From the IMG/VR virus record IMGVR_UViG_3300030108_003689, positions 10,613 through 74,612 of that record: DNA of 64,000 nt. The stretch is one strand, 5' to 3'. Under the pieces are notes generated by a model. It saw nothing but the letters and a program-made list of their open reading frames with translations. It was not told the DNA's origin and did not search any database. A program made the translations under genes and the position numbers. Of this stretch, positions 18,901 to 29,300 are shown in pieces (the stretch's first letter is position 1; each line of letters begins with the position of its first letter). Origin of the DNA: a virus.

Positions 18901-21900
18901 TAGCATCAGCAATTGTTGCTCGATCGGTTGTGGTGAACTCTGCGGCGTCCTGAGCGTACTTCAATCGTTCATTGAAAATACGAAGCTGATTGATAGCCTC
19001 TCTCTCCCTAGGGGTCATTCCATACGGACCATCAAGCAGGTCCTGCATGAGGGCAATCTTCCTACCAATCTCTTGAAGGGTTACGCCACCACCTGGGGAC
19101 ATCTTGCCGAGGGCTGCATCGTCCAAATCAAACGGATCATAGGTTGTGGGAATAGGCTTTCCAGCCTCCTCCGCTTCCGCGACTCTAGCTGCGGCCTTCG
19201 CCTCCATTTTTTGGATAGAGCCATCCAAAGTTCCAACAATTTCAAAAAGCGAGCGAACGCTGGAAAGGTTCACTCTTGGTGTGTGTAAAGAAACATCATA
19301 TTGGAAGAAATCATACAGAGTATCGATAGCCTTCAACTCTGGATCATTAGCAAGCCTAATAATCGACTTACCGGCATTCATGATCATTCGCCCATAACCG
19401 TCAAGAATTTCCACCATATTCGGGTCGGTGGTCATTTCTGAGATTTCTTTCTTCTTGCGCGTCGTCTCAGCTATTTTCCTAAGAGCCTCTCCTATGCCTT
19501 CGAATTGTTCCCTGTTTTCGAAGAACGATGCCATCCTCATTAAGTATCCAGGATGAGTCGTGTTCCTGCTACGCCTGTTTAATGGGGTCGCAACAATGTC
19601 AGTTACAACATTTCTGATCGTGTTGTATTCATCGACCGAAATCAGTCTCAAGTTGACATCGGGATCGAGCAAAGAGAATGGGATCAAATCTGCTTCAGGT
19701 TGGTTACCGATTTCTTGTATCAGTGTTTTCAATCCCGCCTGAGCACGATCGTCCAAGACAATGAACCCGGTTTCTTGAACGCGCTTGTTTATCTGCTCAT
19801 TTGACTCATTGAAAAATCTAGCAGCAAATCGATTCCTGTAAGAAAGAATATCAACGTCCGTGACACCATCCGGGATGGTGTCGGGGTCAGCCAACGAGTT
19901 CAACCCACTACGATTTGGCTGTTCAATTTGCTTGGTGATTGTTTCCGGGTCCATCCCAAGGGCATCAATAAATCTGTTTGTAGACTTATCTGTGATGGTT
20001 TTGAGGATCGCAACAGGGACGTGGTATCGACCAGAGCCAACAGGCGTCATTGGCTTATTGGCCAAGCTTTTCCTAAACGCAGTGTTTTTGATCAATGCAT
20101 ATACTTCGAGGCCAGCATCAATCGCGTCATACTCTCTGGGATCGTATGAGCGCTCTAATACGCGCTGTCTTTCGCCCGTGTTTAGATCAGTCTCAAAGCG
20201 AATCCTGTTTTGCTTCCGATCACCGAGAAGGGAGTGCATGGTCTCTGAGTCAAAACCAAGCTCCATTGCAACTCGCTTACGAGCCTTGTCTGCATCCGGG
20301 CTATACAAAATTCGCTCTTGTTGGGTAGCCCTCAGCTTGGTGTACTTAGGCCGCTTATTTAAGGCAGCATTTGTAATTGCTTGAACGTTACGCCTATCTT
20401 TCGGTGCTTCACCAAACTCAAGGTCCCAATACTGGCGAACCTCATTGGGAAGAAGCCCAGGCTTCTTTCGAATGCGAGACCAAAGATTGTGCAGAGAAAT
20501 CCAAAGCTCGTCCATCAGCCTTCTTACGAAGCCGTTTGGATTGTCTCGAACCCTCCGGTAGTACCTCCAGGCCTCCGCAAATTGCTCATGACCCAGATCG
20601 GTGAGTGATCGAGTTCCGTCATCCATCAACTCATTATCGAAGTAGCGGAAAAGCTTATCCGTAAACTCTCTGCCCATGAGCGTGGCCATGAAGTGGCCGT
20701 TCTCGTGCCAAAGGGTGTCAAGATCGCCCTTCTCGAACAGGTTGATGATTGCCTTGCGAGTACGCTGATCGTACTCGAAGTAACCGAGTGGCACGCCCTC
20801 CTTACGCTGGAACCTTGTGTCTGGATCACCGTCTTCGACTAAACGAAGCACTGTGGGCTCAACAGGATCTTTCGTTTGATCTTCTCCAAGCCCTGTTCTT
20901 CGGAGGTCTTTGTTTCCAGGATTCAGGAGGTCTGATTCTGCTCCTGCCGCATCTCTTGCTCTTCCCGAATCAGGTCTAAGTTCTCCGGTTCCACTGGAGT
21001 ATCGGTCGAGAGCCACATTTTCGTTATCAGTTGCTCTTCTTCCGTATCTTCTGATGAGTTTGTCAAGGTTGTCGCGGTCGACAGACGCTCGATGATACCA
21101 GGGAGTATTCTCAAATTTTTCATTTTGTATGCTCCATCCTTTCGGAATTACTCGATCTTCTACTTTTACTCTTTCTTTATGTCGTTTGATTTCACCAAAA
21201 AAGTCTGAATATGCTGCGGCATCGAATACGTAATTTACCCCATCTTGGGTCGCCATGACAAATGTTTGTTGACCGTCGGGCATAACCGCGTACTTGATAC
21301 CGTACCGGAACATGCCGAACTTGCCTTCGCTTACGTATGCGCCTACTGCTGGATCGTCATACCCAAGAGCTTGCTTCAGAATCACTGCAAGCGTGTCGTG
21401 ACCGACCTCTTGTCCGCTATTGATGACCCATGTTTCCCAATGAAGTCGACCGATGCTTCCTTCACCTTCTCGACCAGCGAGTCGATATGCCTCATCGATG
21501 CTGCCCAACAGCAGGCTTTCGATGGCCTCATACAAGATTGCGCCACGACCACCCGATAAAACATCTGCCAATCCTCGGGACGCAGAATATGGCCTCGGGT
21601 TTTTGAGCCACTTCTTCCAAGACGCATCCGATGTGGGCTTTGAAAAGCCCTCGTAGAGATCCATTTGAGTGCCATCTCTGCGAAGAACTCCATCACCGAG
21701 AAGGTTCTCAGCCTGACCCCAGAAGTGATTCGCTTGAATGCGGTCAATAACGATGACATCAGTTCGGCCAGCAGCCAACAACATGAAGGAGATTACCTTG
21801 TTGTCGATACCAGACGATTGATAGATTTGATGGAACAATCGTCGAGCTTGCTGACCACTAATGGATTGATCAAGCAAGATAGAGTGCCATGCAGCCAGCT

Positions 21901-24900
21901 TGGTTTGTCCTGCATACGGATGGCCCTCGGGCAAAATTTCGCTGGATTGAGACAGAAAGTTTTTACCAAATGCCCGTAGGTTTGCCGCAGCCGGATTACC
22001 TGCACCCTCAATTCTTAAGGCAGGGGCGAAACCAACTAATTTACCAAACTCATCAGGTGTTATCTTTTCCTCACGAAGTAGTGCCGCCGCGTCTTTTCGG
22101 GCGTCAACCATAGTCTCCGTGATTTTTTCATTAGCTTTTTTATTATCAGCCAAAGCAGGCAAAAGCTGAGTTTTAAATCTATCTGCTTGATCTTCGTCGA
22201 TTACGTTTCGATTCAACAAATCATTGATTGTATCAGCATCGCGTCCGACGAATAGTGTGTGTGTGGCCTGATCGATATCGCCATCAGCAAGCATCTTGTC
22301 TGCCGCACGCTGCCGATGAACGCCACCAACCCATACGTCGTACTCGAGCATCATTTTCGCGTCGAAAGTACCTTCGACCGCAGACCTAATGAAACCATCC
22401 AAGTTCTTTTGAAAGACGCTTGCCGGAGGTGAGTTGAGGAAGATGTCTAAGAAGGCGCTTTCATGCGGGAACGCAGACAGGCTTCGACTTAGAATCGCCC
22501 AAGCGAGAAGTTGGGCGGTGACATTTGCCTCAGCAATCCCGGTGTTGTACAGATTGCCGAGACCCTCAACCAACTCCATACCGCCATCGGCGCGCTTTTT
22601 TTGCTCTGGTGTTAGCCTGTTCAACTCCGCTGCAAGGCTCTCAGGATTAGCATATGTTCTGAGTTTCAGCGGTGGCCGAAGAACCTGCTTAGTATCGGTG
22701 ATGCCTCCCCACCATTGATTCCAATCCTCGTCGGACAAGATGGGATTACGACCATCTAATAATTCGGTGTGATTGTCCGCCTTTTCGAATGATGCTGCCG
22801 CATTTTTGGTATTCGTTCCTTTTGGTACAGGCTTTTCTTTGAATTTTTTCCTGCTGGGGTTCTTTCTCGTGAGAGGATCAGGCACACCGGAGTGCGTCTT
22901 GGCTTGGTACTTCTTTTTCTCGGCAGCCAGTTTTTTCCGGTCTACTTTAACAACAGCGGGCTTCTCAACTTTCATTTGAGCTTTGAAGAGTCTGTCTTTA
23001 AGTTCTAAGCGCTCGGCGTCTGAAAAATCTTCGAGATTTGATTTACCAAATTTCTTTTCTAAATCAGCCTTGAAGACCGGGTCAGTTTCTTCAATATTCA
23101 AGTCGTCCATGATCGCACGAATGCGACTCAATGAGTTGTCTCGACCGAGTGGTTGACTGAAAGCATTCTCAGGCGTTTCATCAACTTCTTCCAGGCCCTT
23201 GCCCATGAATCGAGCGCCAGGACGAGCAGGGCGGTTTGTGGTAATCCTCAGACCCCCTAGAACCTCTGCTGCTGAACGATAAGGGGTATCTGTTGCGTCT
23301 GCGATACGAGTGGCCTGAGCCTCAAGCATAGACATAAATCGAGCGGCATCGTCGGCCTTGATTCGACCGGCCTGAACAAGATCATTCACATCAGCCAACA
23401 GAGCTTTATATTCGGGGCTGTTCTTCAATACGATGATGTCGTTCGTATCTACTGCTCGGGTAATTTTTTCAGACTGTCGTCGAACATATTTACTGACTTG
23501 TGCCGCTTCTTGAAATGCAGCAAAAACCTCATCTGGATTTCTTCCAGTTGCGATAAGAATGTCGCTAAACAACTCACGCTCAGCAGCATCCATCCTATCA
23601 AGTGGGTTTGGACCCTCATTAAGCTCAGCTTGCGCGTTTTGCTTGAGCAGCTTGTGGTTGGCTACTGTGGGGTCTTCTGTTCTATCGAAATCAGTGTTTT
23701 GAAGTAATCGACGCTTGGTAAGAGCAGCCCGATTCGCAGGGTGCTCAGACATAAAGACTTTACCAGCAGGGATCGCGTTGGCTCCAACTCTACCCACGTT
23801 TCCTACTGCACGACCGATATACTTTTCGAGGTTCAGCATATCTAAACCGAACCCAAGGTTTTGAGCCAAGTTGAACTCTGGGCTCCCTCGCTCGAAGCCC
23901 TTAGCGAGCATAAGCTCTTCGTAGCCAACCTGGAATCCACCAGTGCCAGACTTTCGTCGAGCCCTGATCCGGCTTTGTAGCGTTGATTCAGGGTTTCTAA
24001 TCCCCAATCCTTCGAGTAAATCAACACCGGCTGGTGTACCCACTACTGTTGGCAAGCCCAGCGTTTCCACTACAGGCAGAAGGGTGTCTGGGAAATCTTT
24101 GAAATCGACCGCAACGTCAGTTTCTGCGGCTACGGTTGGTATGAGTGCTGCCCACTGAAGAAGCTCACCAAAAAGAGTTGGAGCGTATTGGAGACTACCG
24201 CCCTTTTTGAGCATCAAAGATTGCATCGTCCGTTGAATTTCACGTGTAGATTTTCGACCGACCTTTTCTTCGAGGAACTTTGCGTTATCTCTTGCCCATT
24301 TTTCGACTTGGTCTGTCGTTGGCATTTGATAAATGCCTGCGCTGTTTGACTGCCTGAATTGATTGACAAACCGCAAAGGCATCGAGTTCAATAGCTGCTG
24401 TACTGCTGCTTTATTATCGCCCTCTCGAATAGCCTCAAGTGTAGCGTCAATCTTCGGATTGCCGTGGTACTCTTTGCCGCCCATGGCCATGTCGAGCTTT
24501 ACGAATTCAATAAACGCATCAACGTTAGGCTGTTCACCTTTGATGTCTGGATTCAACTCATTGTACGATTGCTCATAAAGCCAAGATTTCACCCACAGCT
24601 TCTTATTTTTATCTGAGGGATTGTGAACGCCTAAATCGATATCCTCAAAATATTGAATTGCATCCCAATCTTTATACTCGGGCTCTCTCTTTCGTCTTGC
24701 CCTTGTAAGTTGTTCACTGAGGTCTTTAATCTCTTCTTCTCTTGCTAAATTTGCCGCTTCTCGAAACTCAGGAGTTTCCTTCAGTTCGGTTTGAATTTCT
24801 GCAAGAACTTCAGCAAACTGTTGACCAGCGCTTTTTTCTCCAGATGTGTCAATACCGAGTGCTACTTCAACAGCAGTCTGTTCCAAATCTGTGAGCTTGT

Positions 24901-26293
24901 CTTTTCCAGAAGCATATGAATGAGATAAAATTGAAGCTAAAGCTCTTTTACTACGCAATTGCGATAAAGCGGTTCCACCAATTGCGGCTGCTTGAACGGT
25001 TTCGATAAAATTGGGATCATTTTTTGCCCAATCAATAAAGTTGCTCAAAACTTCGGAATCGCCAATCTTGTCGGCAACACCAAAAGCTTCTGCGGCAGCA
25101 ACAGACCTCGATATTAATGCAGCACGAGCCTCAGCCGATGAAACCTCTAGCTGATCTGCAATGTCGTTTACGGTGCCGAAAGCACTCAACATGCCTTTGG
25201 CCAAGTCATAGCTGAACTGACCAGCCCTACGAGCGCCTGCTATATCGGCTTCAGGTCCACCTTCGTAGCTGTGCCGTTCTGCGTCTAGAATCTTTACACC
25301 CATGGCCCCCATGGTGTGTCCACTTGCATAGCCTACGACGCCACCAACTAAACCACCAAACACCCTGCCTTTAGTTTTGAAAAGCTTTTCACCAAATGCA
25401 GCACCACTTTTTCCGAGCGCTTTCGCTTGCTTATACCCAAGCACGGCCCCAGCAGCGTTGGCAGCGATGTCTACGTCTTCGTGAGTAATCTTGAAGTCTA
25501 AAGCTTCACCTGGGAGATCGTATGTTCGTCGCTCCTCCTCAAATGGAGTGTACGTGAACTCGAACAATTCCGTCCCTTCTTCGTCGGCCTTCTTCTGAAG
25601 CTCTACTCTGACCTCTTCTTCGGTCTTTCCTTCTCCCCTAAGCTTCTCGGCCAACTCCTTATTCGTGTACTGAATTGATCGCGACTGAACCAGTTGCTCG
25701 GCGTCGATCAACTGCTCTGGACGAATGCCTTTGAAAAATCCAATGAAGCTATCAAGGTATGTCTCTTCTGACTCAAGCAAGGCCATTTCTGCGGCCTCAT
25801 GTACCTGATACATGTAGGCAGTAGGCGCGTCTTTTAAAAGACGAGAGGTGTTGAACCCAGTTGCGTCACCAGCCAGCACCATATTGGGTTTTGATTTTTC
25901 TACTGTTTCATTGATCTCGTCTTCGATGATCTGATCGATGTCTACAGTGACTGGGATCTCTCCCCTTTCTTTCTGCGCTTCAAGCTCCTTCCTTCTGGTG
26001 TCTGAGCCTTCTTTGAGTGCTTCCCGCAGAGCGATCCGCCAGTTGGTTGTCGCCAGTTCCGAGGCGTCCTCGGACTCATAAAGAGGAGCCTCAACGGTTG
26101 TTTGAATCGGTACAGTTTTGCTTGCTTTTAGTTTAAGCTGCTCTTCGCCTGTGGAGTCGACAACAACGTCTTCAATGGCCTGAGCTTCGATCGGGTCATC
26201 AATCGGCTCGAACTCAAGCTCTATCTCTTGTTCGGGCTCGGGCTCGGGCTCAGGTTCAACCTTGTCTTCTTCGATTTCTTCAGGCTCAGCCAC
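15989..26293 (-). CDS. Giant (3434 aa) internal virion/ejection polyvalent protein
   Basis: Single long ORF after ejection-like genes; zincin motif TLWHENGH...HEQFAEAW; HhH glycosylase-like segment; C-terminal DYSDLS..E..YFKRYFAFYTY. Confidence 0.85.
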   Translation of the reverse strand: MAEPEEIEEDKVEPEPEPEPEQEIELEFEPIDDPIEAQAIEDVVVDSTGEEQLKLKASKTVPIQTTVEAPLYESEDASELATTNWRIALREALKEGSDTRRKELEAQKERGEIPVTVDIDQIIEDEINETVEKSKPNMVLAGDATGFNTSRLLKDAPTAYMYQVHEAAEMALLESEETYLDSFIGFFKGIRPEQLIDAEQLVQSRSIQYTNKELAEKLRGEGKTEEEVRVELQKKADEEGTELFEFTYTPFEEERRTYDLPGEALDFKITHEDVDIAANAAGAVLGYKQAKALGKSGAAFGEKLFKTKGRVFGGLVGGVVGYASGHTMGAMGVKILDAERHSYEGGPEADIAGARRAGQFSYDLAKGMLSAFGTVNDIADQLEVSSAEARAALISRSVAAAEAFGVADKIGDSEVLSNFIDWAKNDPNFIETVQAAAIGGTALSQLRSKRALASILSHSYASGKDKLTDLEQTAVEVALGIDTSGEKSAGQQFAEVLAEIQTELKETPEFREAANLAREEEIKDLSEQLTRARRKREPEYKDWDAIQYFEDIDLGVHNPSDKNKKLWVKSWLYEQSYNELNPDIKGEQPNVDAFIEFVKLDMAMGGKEYHGNPKIDATLEAIREGDNKAAVQQLLNSMPLRFVNQFRQSNSAGIYQMPTTDQVEKWARDNAKFLEEKVGRKSTREIQRTMQSLMLKKGGSLQYAPTLFGELLQWAALIPTVAAETDVAVDFKDFPDTLLPVVETLGLPTVVGTPAGVDLLEGLGIRNPESTLQSRIRARRKSGTGGFQVGYEELMLAKGFERGSPEFNLAQNLGFGLDMLNLEKYIGRAVGNVGRVGANAIPAGKVFMSEHPANRAALTKRRLLQNTDFDRTEDPTVANHKLLKQNAQAELNEGPNPLDRMDAAERELFSDILIATGRNPDEVFAAFQEAAQVSKYVRRQSEKITRAVDTNDIIVLKNSPEYKALLADVNDLVQAGRIKADDAARFMSMLEAQATRIADATDTPYRSAAEVLGGLRITTNRPARPGARFMGKGLEEVDETPENAFSQPLGRDNSLSRIRAIMDDLNIEETDPVFKADLEKKFGKSNLEDFSDAERLELKDRLFKAQMKVEKPAVVKVDRKKLAAEKKKYQAKTHSGVPDPLTRKNPSRKKFKEKPVPKGTNTKNAAASFEKADNHTELLDGRNPILSDEDWNQWWGGITDTKQVLRPPLKLRTYANPESLAAELNRLTPEQKKRADGGMELVEGLGNLYNTGIAEANVTAQLLAWAILSRSLSAFPHESAFLDIFLNSPPASVFQKNLDGFIRSAVEGTFDAKMMLEYDVWVGGVHRQRAADKMLADGDIDQATHTLFVGRDADTINDLLNRNVIDEDQADRFKTQLLPALADNKKANEKITETMVDARKDAAALLREEKITPDEFGKLVGFAPALRIEGAGNPAAANLRAFGKNFLSQSSEILPEGHPYAGQTKLAAWHSILLDQSISGQQARRLFHQIYQSSGIDNKVISFMLLAAGRTDVIVIDRIQANHFWGQAENLLGDGVLRRDGTQMDLYEGFSKPTSDASWKKWLKNPRPYSASRGLADVLSGGRGAILYEAIESLLLGSIDEAYRLAGREGEGSIGRLHWETWVINSGQEVGHDTLAVILKQALGYDDPAVGAYVSEGKFGMFRYGIKYAVMPDGQQTFVMATQDGVNYVFDAAAYSDFFGEIKRHKERVKVEDRVIPKGWSIQNEKFENTPWYHRASVDRDNLDKLIRRYGRRATDNENVALDRYSSGTGELRPDSGRARDAAGAESDLLNPGNKDLRRTGLGEDQTKDPVEPTVLRLVEDGDPDTRFQRKEGVPLGYFEYDQRTRKAIINLFEKGDLDTLWHENGHFMATLMGREFTDKLFRYFDNELMDDGTRSLTDLGHEQFAEAWRYYRRVRDNPNGFVRRLMDELWISLHNLWSRIRKKPGLLPNEVRQYWDLEFGEAPKDRRNVQAITNAALNKRPKYTKLRATQQERILYSPDADKARKRVAMELGFDSETMHSLLGDRKQNRIRFETDLNTGERQRVLERSYDPREYDAIDAGLEVYALIKNTAFRKSLANKPMTPVGSGRYHVPVAILKTITDKSTNRFIDALGMDPETITKQIEQPNRSGLNSLADPDTIPDGVTDVDILSYRNRFAARFFNESNEQINKRVQETGFIVLDDRAQAGLKTLIQEIGNQPEADLIPFSLLDPDVNLRLISVDEYNTIRNVVTDIVATPLNRRSRNTTHPGYLMRMASFFENREQFEGIGEALRKIAETTRKKKEISEMTTDPNMVEILDGYGRMIMNAGKSIIRLANDPELKAIDTLYDFFQYDVSLHTPRVNLSSVRSLFEIVGTLDGSIQKMEAKAAARVAEAEEAGKPIPTTYDPFDLDDAALGKMSPGGGVTLQEIGRKIALMQDLLDGPYGMTPREREAINQLRIFNERLKYAQDAAEFTTTDRATIADAIQVIHEGLREKKQYVESFSTNVFEKILAIKQATQFDLNDPLVIDIYQKFYRGDIKGLLDIGTPKKIRRAPEAQTPRQVFQYSKKLGLMGKIIEGVSRPIADQLGVKYSTKTPDLNQALMALMIMLKVDDVRFGLARELAENGYDLSRRSITNNLDLKGEINISRSKYVDRVLFYIDRTLSKSDEVAGFSDLQFGRKVRIAQKPVKDMYGPTEKPSAKRPDSDVITRIDKSAQYEADQILKRAGIRIDDGTAEIIMIGDKQFIMPKNMVDQLESWAQETYPNARFKKTWGRTGRAEYQLELKDASTQNSQRIKEQIANAALVWQRAAEFLVSPRTFYTGLLIGVGGLPMVGYGMGVFIGGLSQVHLGQGVLAATQDLLEAPGTGARVASEVTPLVRNIAEAADVEIQFVAGTLARLFGDGSHRPRTKPLVLPDGRIITADMLANTVDRYGWKSAFADALASNNLYDQFYERFTQANPTWINGAMFGLIGAPLGPQSALLSAAFGMSMAQSLKPGNIFSKAHRFYRESFVAIDTYMRIKVLVRELKAGATLDDAAKKTRKIMLDYSDLSDAEASYFKRYFAFYTYFSQANKLLFTSLLENPDRVITQLKFARNTQLKATESKDPDLMLSPWDRYRSFLPFEIMGQRFRLPFLLTGDSVGLLLELFLALPFTGGDESSRAARLGVFSRLAPQLGLGAAVTFGIDPGLGFPLERATLQVPAELVEFDLEFTGGTLHDILGIEYIEPENIRFVWDDKEKRRVNERNIEMPGRGIFVAKNTKAYLFLMEYLQTPVTGRMGDNLWALSRANAGVVEGLMDLTHALKSLNPDKPILSNIGALQVLGFVKEKDIRVSVPDDAGIAQAYVSPTEPGLAKDGAKEAVKRADQITTASIPTLRKYGVAYKSKDGSTYNVYADQFYPTEIGRTIGFSAWHPQTWKKLAYWKYKQHAKKSAEAIRRNEAQQRILERTAPIDNEQ

Positions 26294-26320
26294 GGTGTCT
26301 CCAGAGGATTTGAATCAATA

Positions 26321-29300
26321 CTATTCGTCTAGTGCGCCTTGTCCAGCAACCTTAATATTGTATGTTTCTGCGACAGTTTTGCCTGTCTCTTTGATAACAA
26401 AGTCAGAAAATAGATCGCCCATGTGTTCTAACGGAGGGACTGCAACCAGTTCACCCTTATCGTTTGGTTTGTGCAGTTCGAAATGTAGGTGAGGACCGTC
26501 AACATTACCTGTTGCACCGGATTTCATAATTTCCTGACCAGCTTTTACTTCAGTGCCGACTTCAAGACCTTCAGTAATTGCACTGGCATGGTAGTACTTA
26601 GTAACGCTTCCATCAGCGTGCCTAATTGAAACATTTAGTCCTGAGCCATCATTGTCAGTTCGATCTGCTCTTATTACCACACCATCTGCGACTGAAAAGA
26701 CAGGCTCACCAAGCTTTGCCCTCAAGTCGATGCCGTTATGATCCTGCACTTTTCCAGTGTTCGGATCTGGTCTAAGACCGAACTTTGCACTGGTGATGAC
26801 TTGAGCCCCATCAATAGTGTATTTAGTTTTCACGGGAGAAACGAACCCAAGCTTCGCCACCTTAGTGACTGCTTCTTCTTGGGGTTGTTCTTGTGTCTCT
26901 GGGGCTGGGGTTGATTGTCGTTGAATTGCGCGGCCAACGTCTAACGAAAACTTCATTGCTTCTTTGGCGCCAGGAATCTCATCTTGTGCGAGCCCGAATT
27001 CCTTTTCCAGATCCCCCAACATGTTTCGCGCCTGATAAGGCTCGATTTTGCCACTGGTTAATTGTCCTCTGATGAACAAAACCTGAGATGCAGCTTTAGC
27101 GATTCGGTCGTCAACTGGGGCTGGTTCCGGGGTCGGGGCCGGTGCGGAATCATCACCCTTAGCGCTATCTGCTACGATTACTGGTGTGTCACCCACTCTG
27201 GGTGAATCTACAGCAACAAGCAGATCTTCGCCAGACTGTCCTCTTATCTCAGATTCAAGTCGGTCTTTTGCGTCCTGATTTGCTTTTTCCTTTTCGAGTC
27301 TTGCTTTTTCAAGTTCTGCTTTTCGGTTCGCTGCCAAAGAATCTTGAGTGATTTGTTCCTGAGGTCGCTCATCATCCTGGATACGCTGCTGAGGTGTCGG
27401 CGTTAGATCAATATACTTAACTGGTGGTTTCTCCTCTGCTGCCGCAGCGGCGGTTGGTTGCGGATCAGGCGGGGGTGTTGGAGTTTTAACAGGCGGGGGT
27501 GCTGGCGGTTCAACAGGCTCCATTGTGGCGAAGCTGGACTCGAGCGTGGCTGTATCATCATCCGTTGGCCGCATAGGACCTTCGAACGTTGCAGCTTTTG
27601 GCTCAGGGATAGGTACATCTCGTTTCCCCCTAATGCCTGACGAATCTTGATCAACTCTGGGCGTAGTTGCAGCATAAGCCTTTGCCCCTGGTGTTGATGC
27701 CTCGTAACCCTCCTGCTGAGCCTTTGCGATTGCCCTCTGCTCAGCCATAGATTGTTCGGCGCTTTTCAGTTCTGGTATGTTTACCTCTGGAGCCTCATCT
27801 TGCGGCTCTGCAGTCATTTCGGCAATTTGCTCTCGTTGAAATTCCGACATGAAATCTGTTGGAGGCGGGGGAGGAGTCGGAGCCTTAGTCGGAGGTGGCG
27901 GTGGCTGGTCCTCAGGCCTTTCGTTGGCCTGAAAACGAACCTCGTCGCCTCTTCTACTGTCCCTGATGTCCCCATCCATGCGGCCTAAAAAGCGGTCTAC
28001 AGAGGCGAAAGACCCATACTTGGGATCGAAGTATTCGCCACGGGGACCCTGCTCAGGGATTAATTTAGATCGATTAATGATCGACTGAACGCCTTGAAAC
28101 TTGTTGGCCGAAGCATCCAAAAAGTCAGATCCAACTGTGCCTAATGGGTTTGTGCCTTCGGCAGCGTTTTGACCCAAGCTGTCTGGATTATCTAAGAACC
28201 CTAAGACCCTTTTTGTGTTTTCATATTCAGCTTCATTTGTGCGGCTAACAAGCTGACCCACTGTCATTGTGGTGACTGGTGTTCTGTCTAACAAACCCTT
28301 TTGCGTGACAGACCTTTCCCATTCCAAATTCTTTCTGGTTGGAGTATTGCTTGCACCCTTGGTATCAAAACCTTCGAGCCACTCATCAACAGCCTCATTG
28401 AAGTCGGTGGGAAATCTAGCTTTCACACTATCTGGCAGATCTTCATACTGTTCTAAAACATCCGAAAACTCTTCCATTCGCACTGTTGCATCTGATGTTG
28501 TCTCAGCATTTTTGGCCCGCTCTGCAGCACGTTCGATACGATTGATGATGCCTGGAATAACTGGAACTCCGCTATCCTCAGCGCTTACATCTCTTTCTGG
28601 GGCTTCTGTTGCCTCAGGGGCAGCCTCCGCTGGGGCTCGACCAGGAGCCTCTACTGAGGGCATTGTAAACCTGTCGGTTCCCGTCAACTCACCGCTTGGG
28701 CCTCTGCGAAAGTTTGTTCTTGTGAATAACGGATTGGTTAGAACAGAGATTTGTGCTGGCGTTAGATTTCGATCATTAACGGATCGTTGAATTAATTCAT
28801 CTCGCTGACTCTTATACTGTTCAATAGCCTGAGCGATTTGTCTTTTTTGAGACGAAGGCGAAAGAAGACCAGAAACAGAGTTTTTCACGAAGTTTGAAGA
28901 TACTAAATCATTGAAATCAGATCCTTCTTTCAGGCCCTCATTCGCAAGGATTTTAGTGAATACCTTCTTCTCTTCTTCATTGGCATCTGCTTTGAAAGCA
29001 ATCTTGCCGTCAACCTCTTCGAGAGGAGATGATTTTTGTACGATTTCAGAGATTTGCTCGGGAGTCATCTTTCCAGAAGAAAGCTCGGTAGACACTGTCT
29101 GATCAAACAACATTCCATCTAAAAGTTTTTTGTACTTTGTGATGTCTTCTGAATGGTCGATATAGTCAATGACATTCTCATTATGGAATGCCCCTGCAAC
29201 ACCTTCTGGTCCCTGGTAATCTTTAGGGTTCGCAAGAATCTTCTGACGGTTTAGACGACCCTTCTCGCTCGTGGTCCCTACATCTGGATAGTATTTACTC

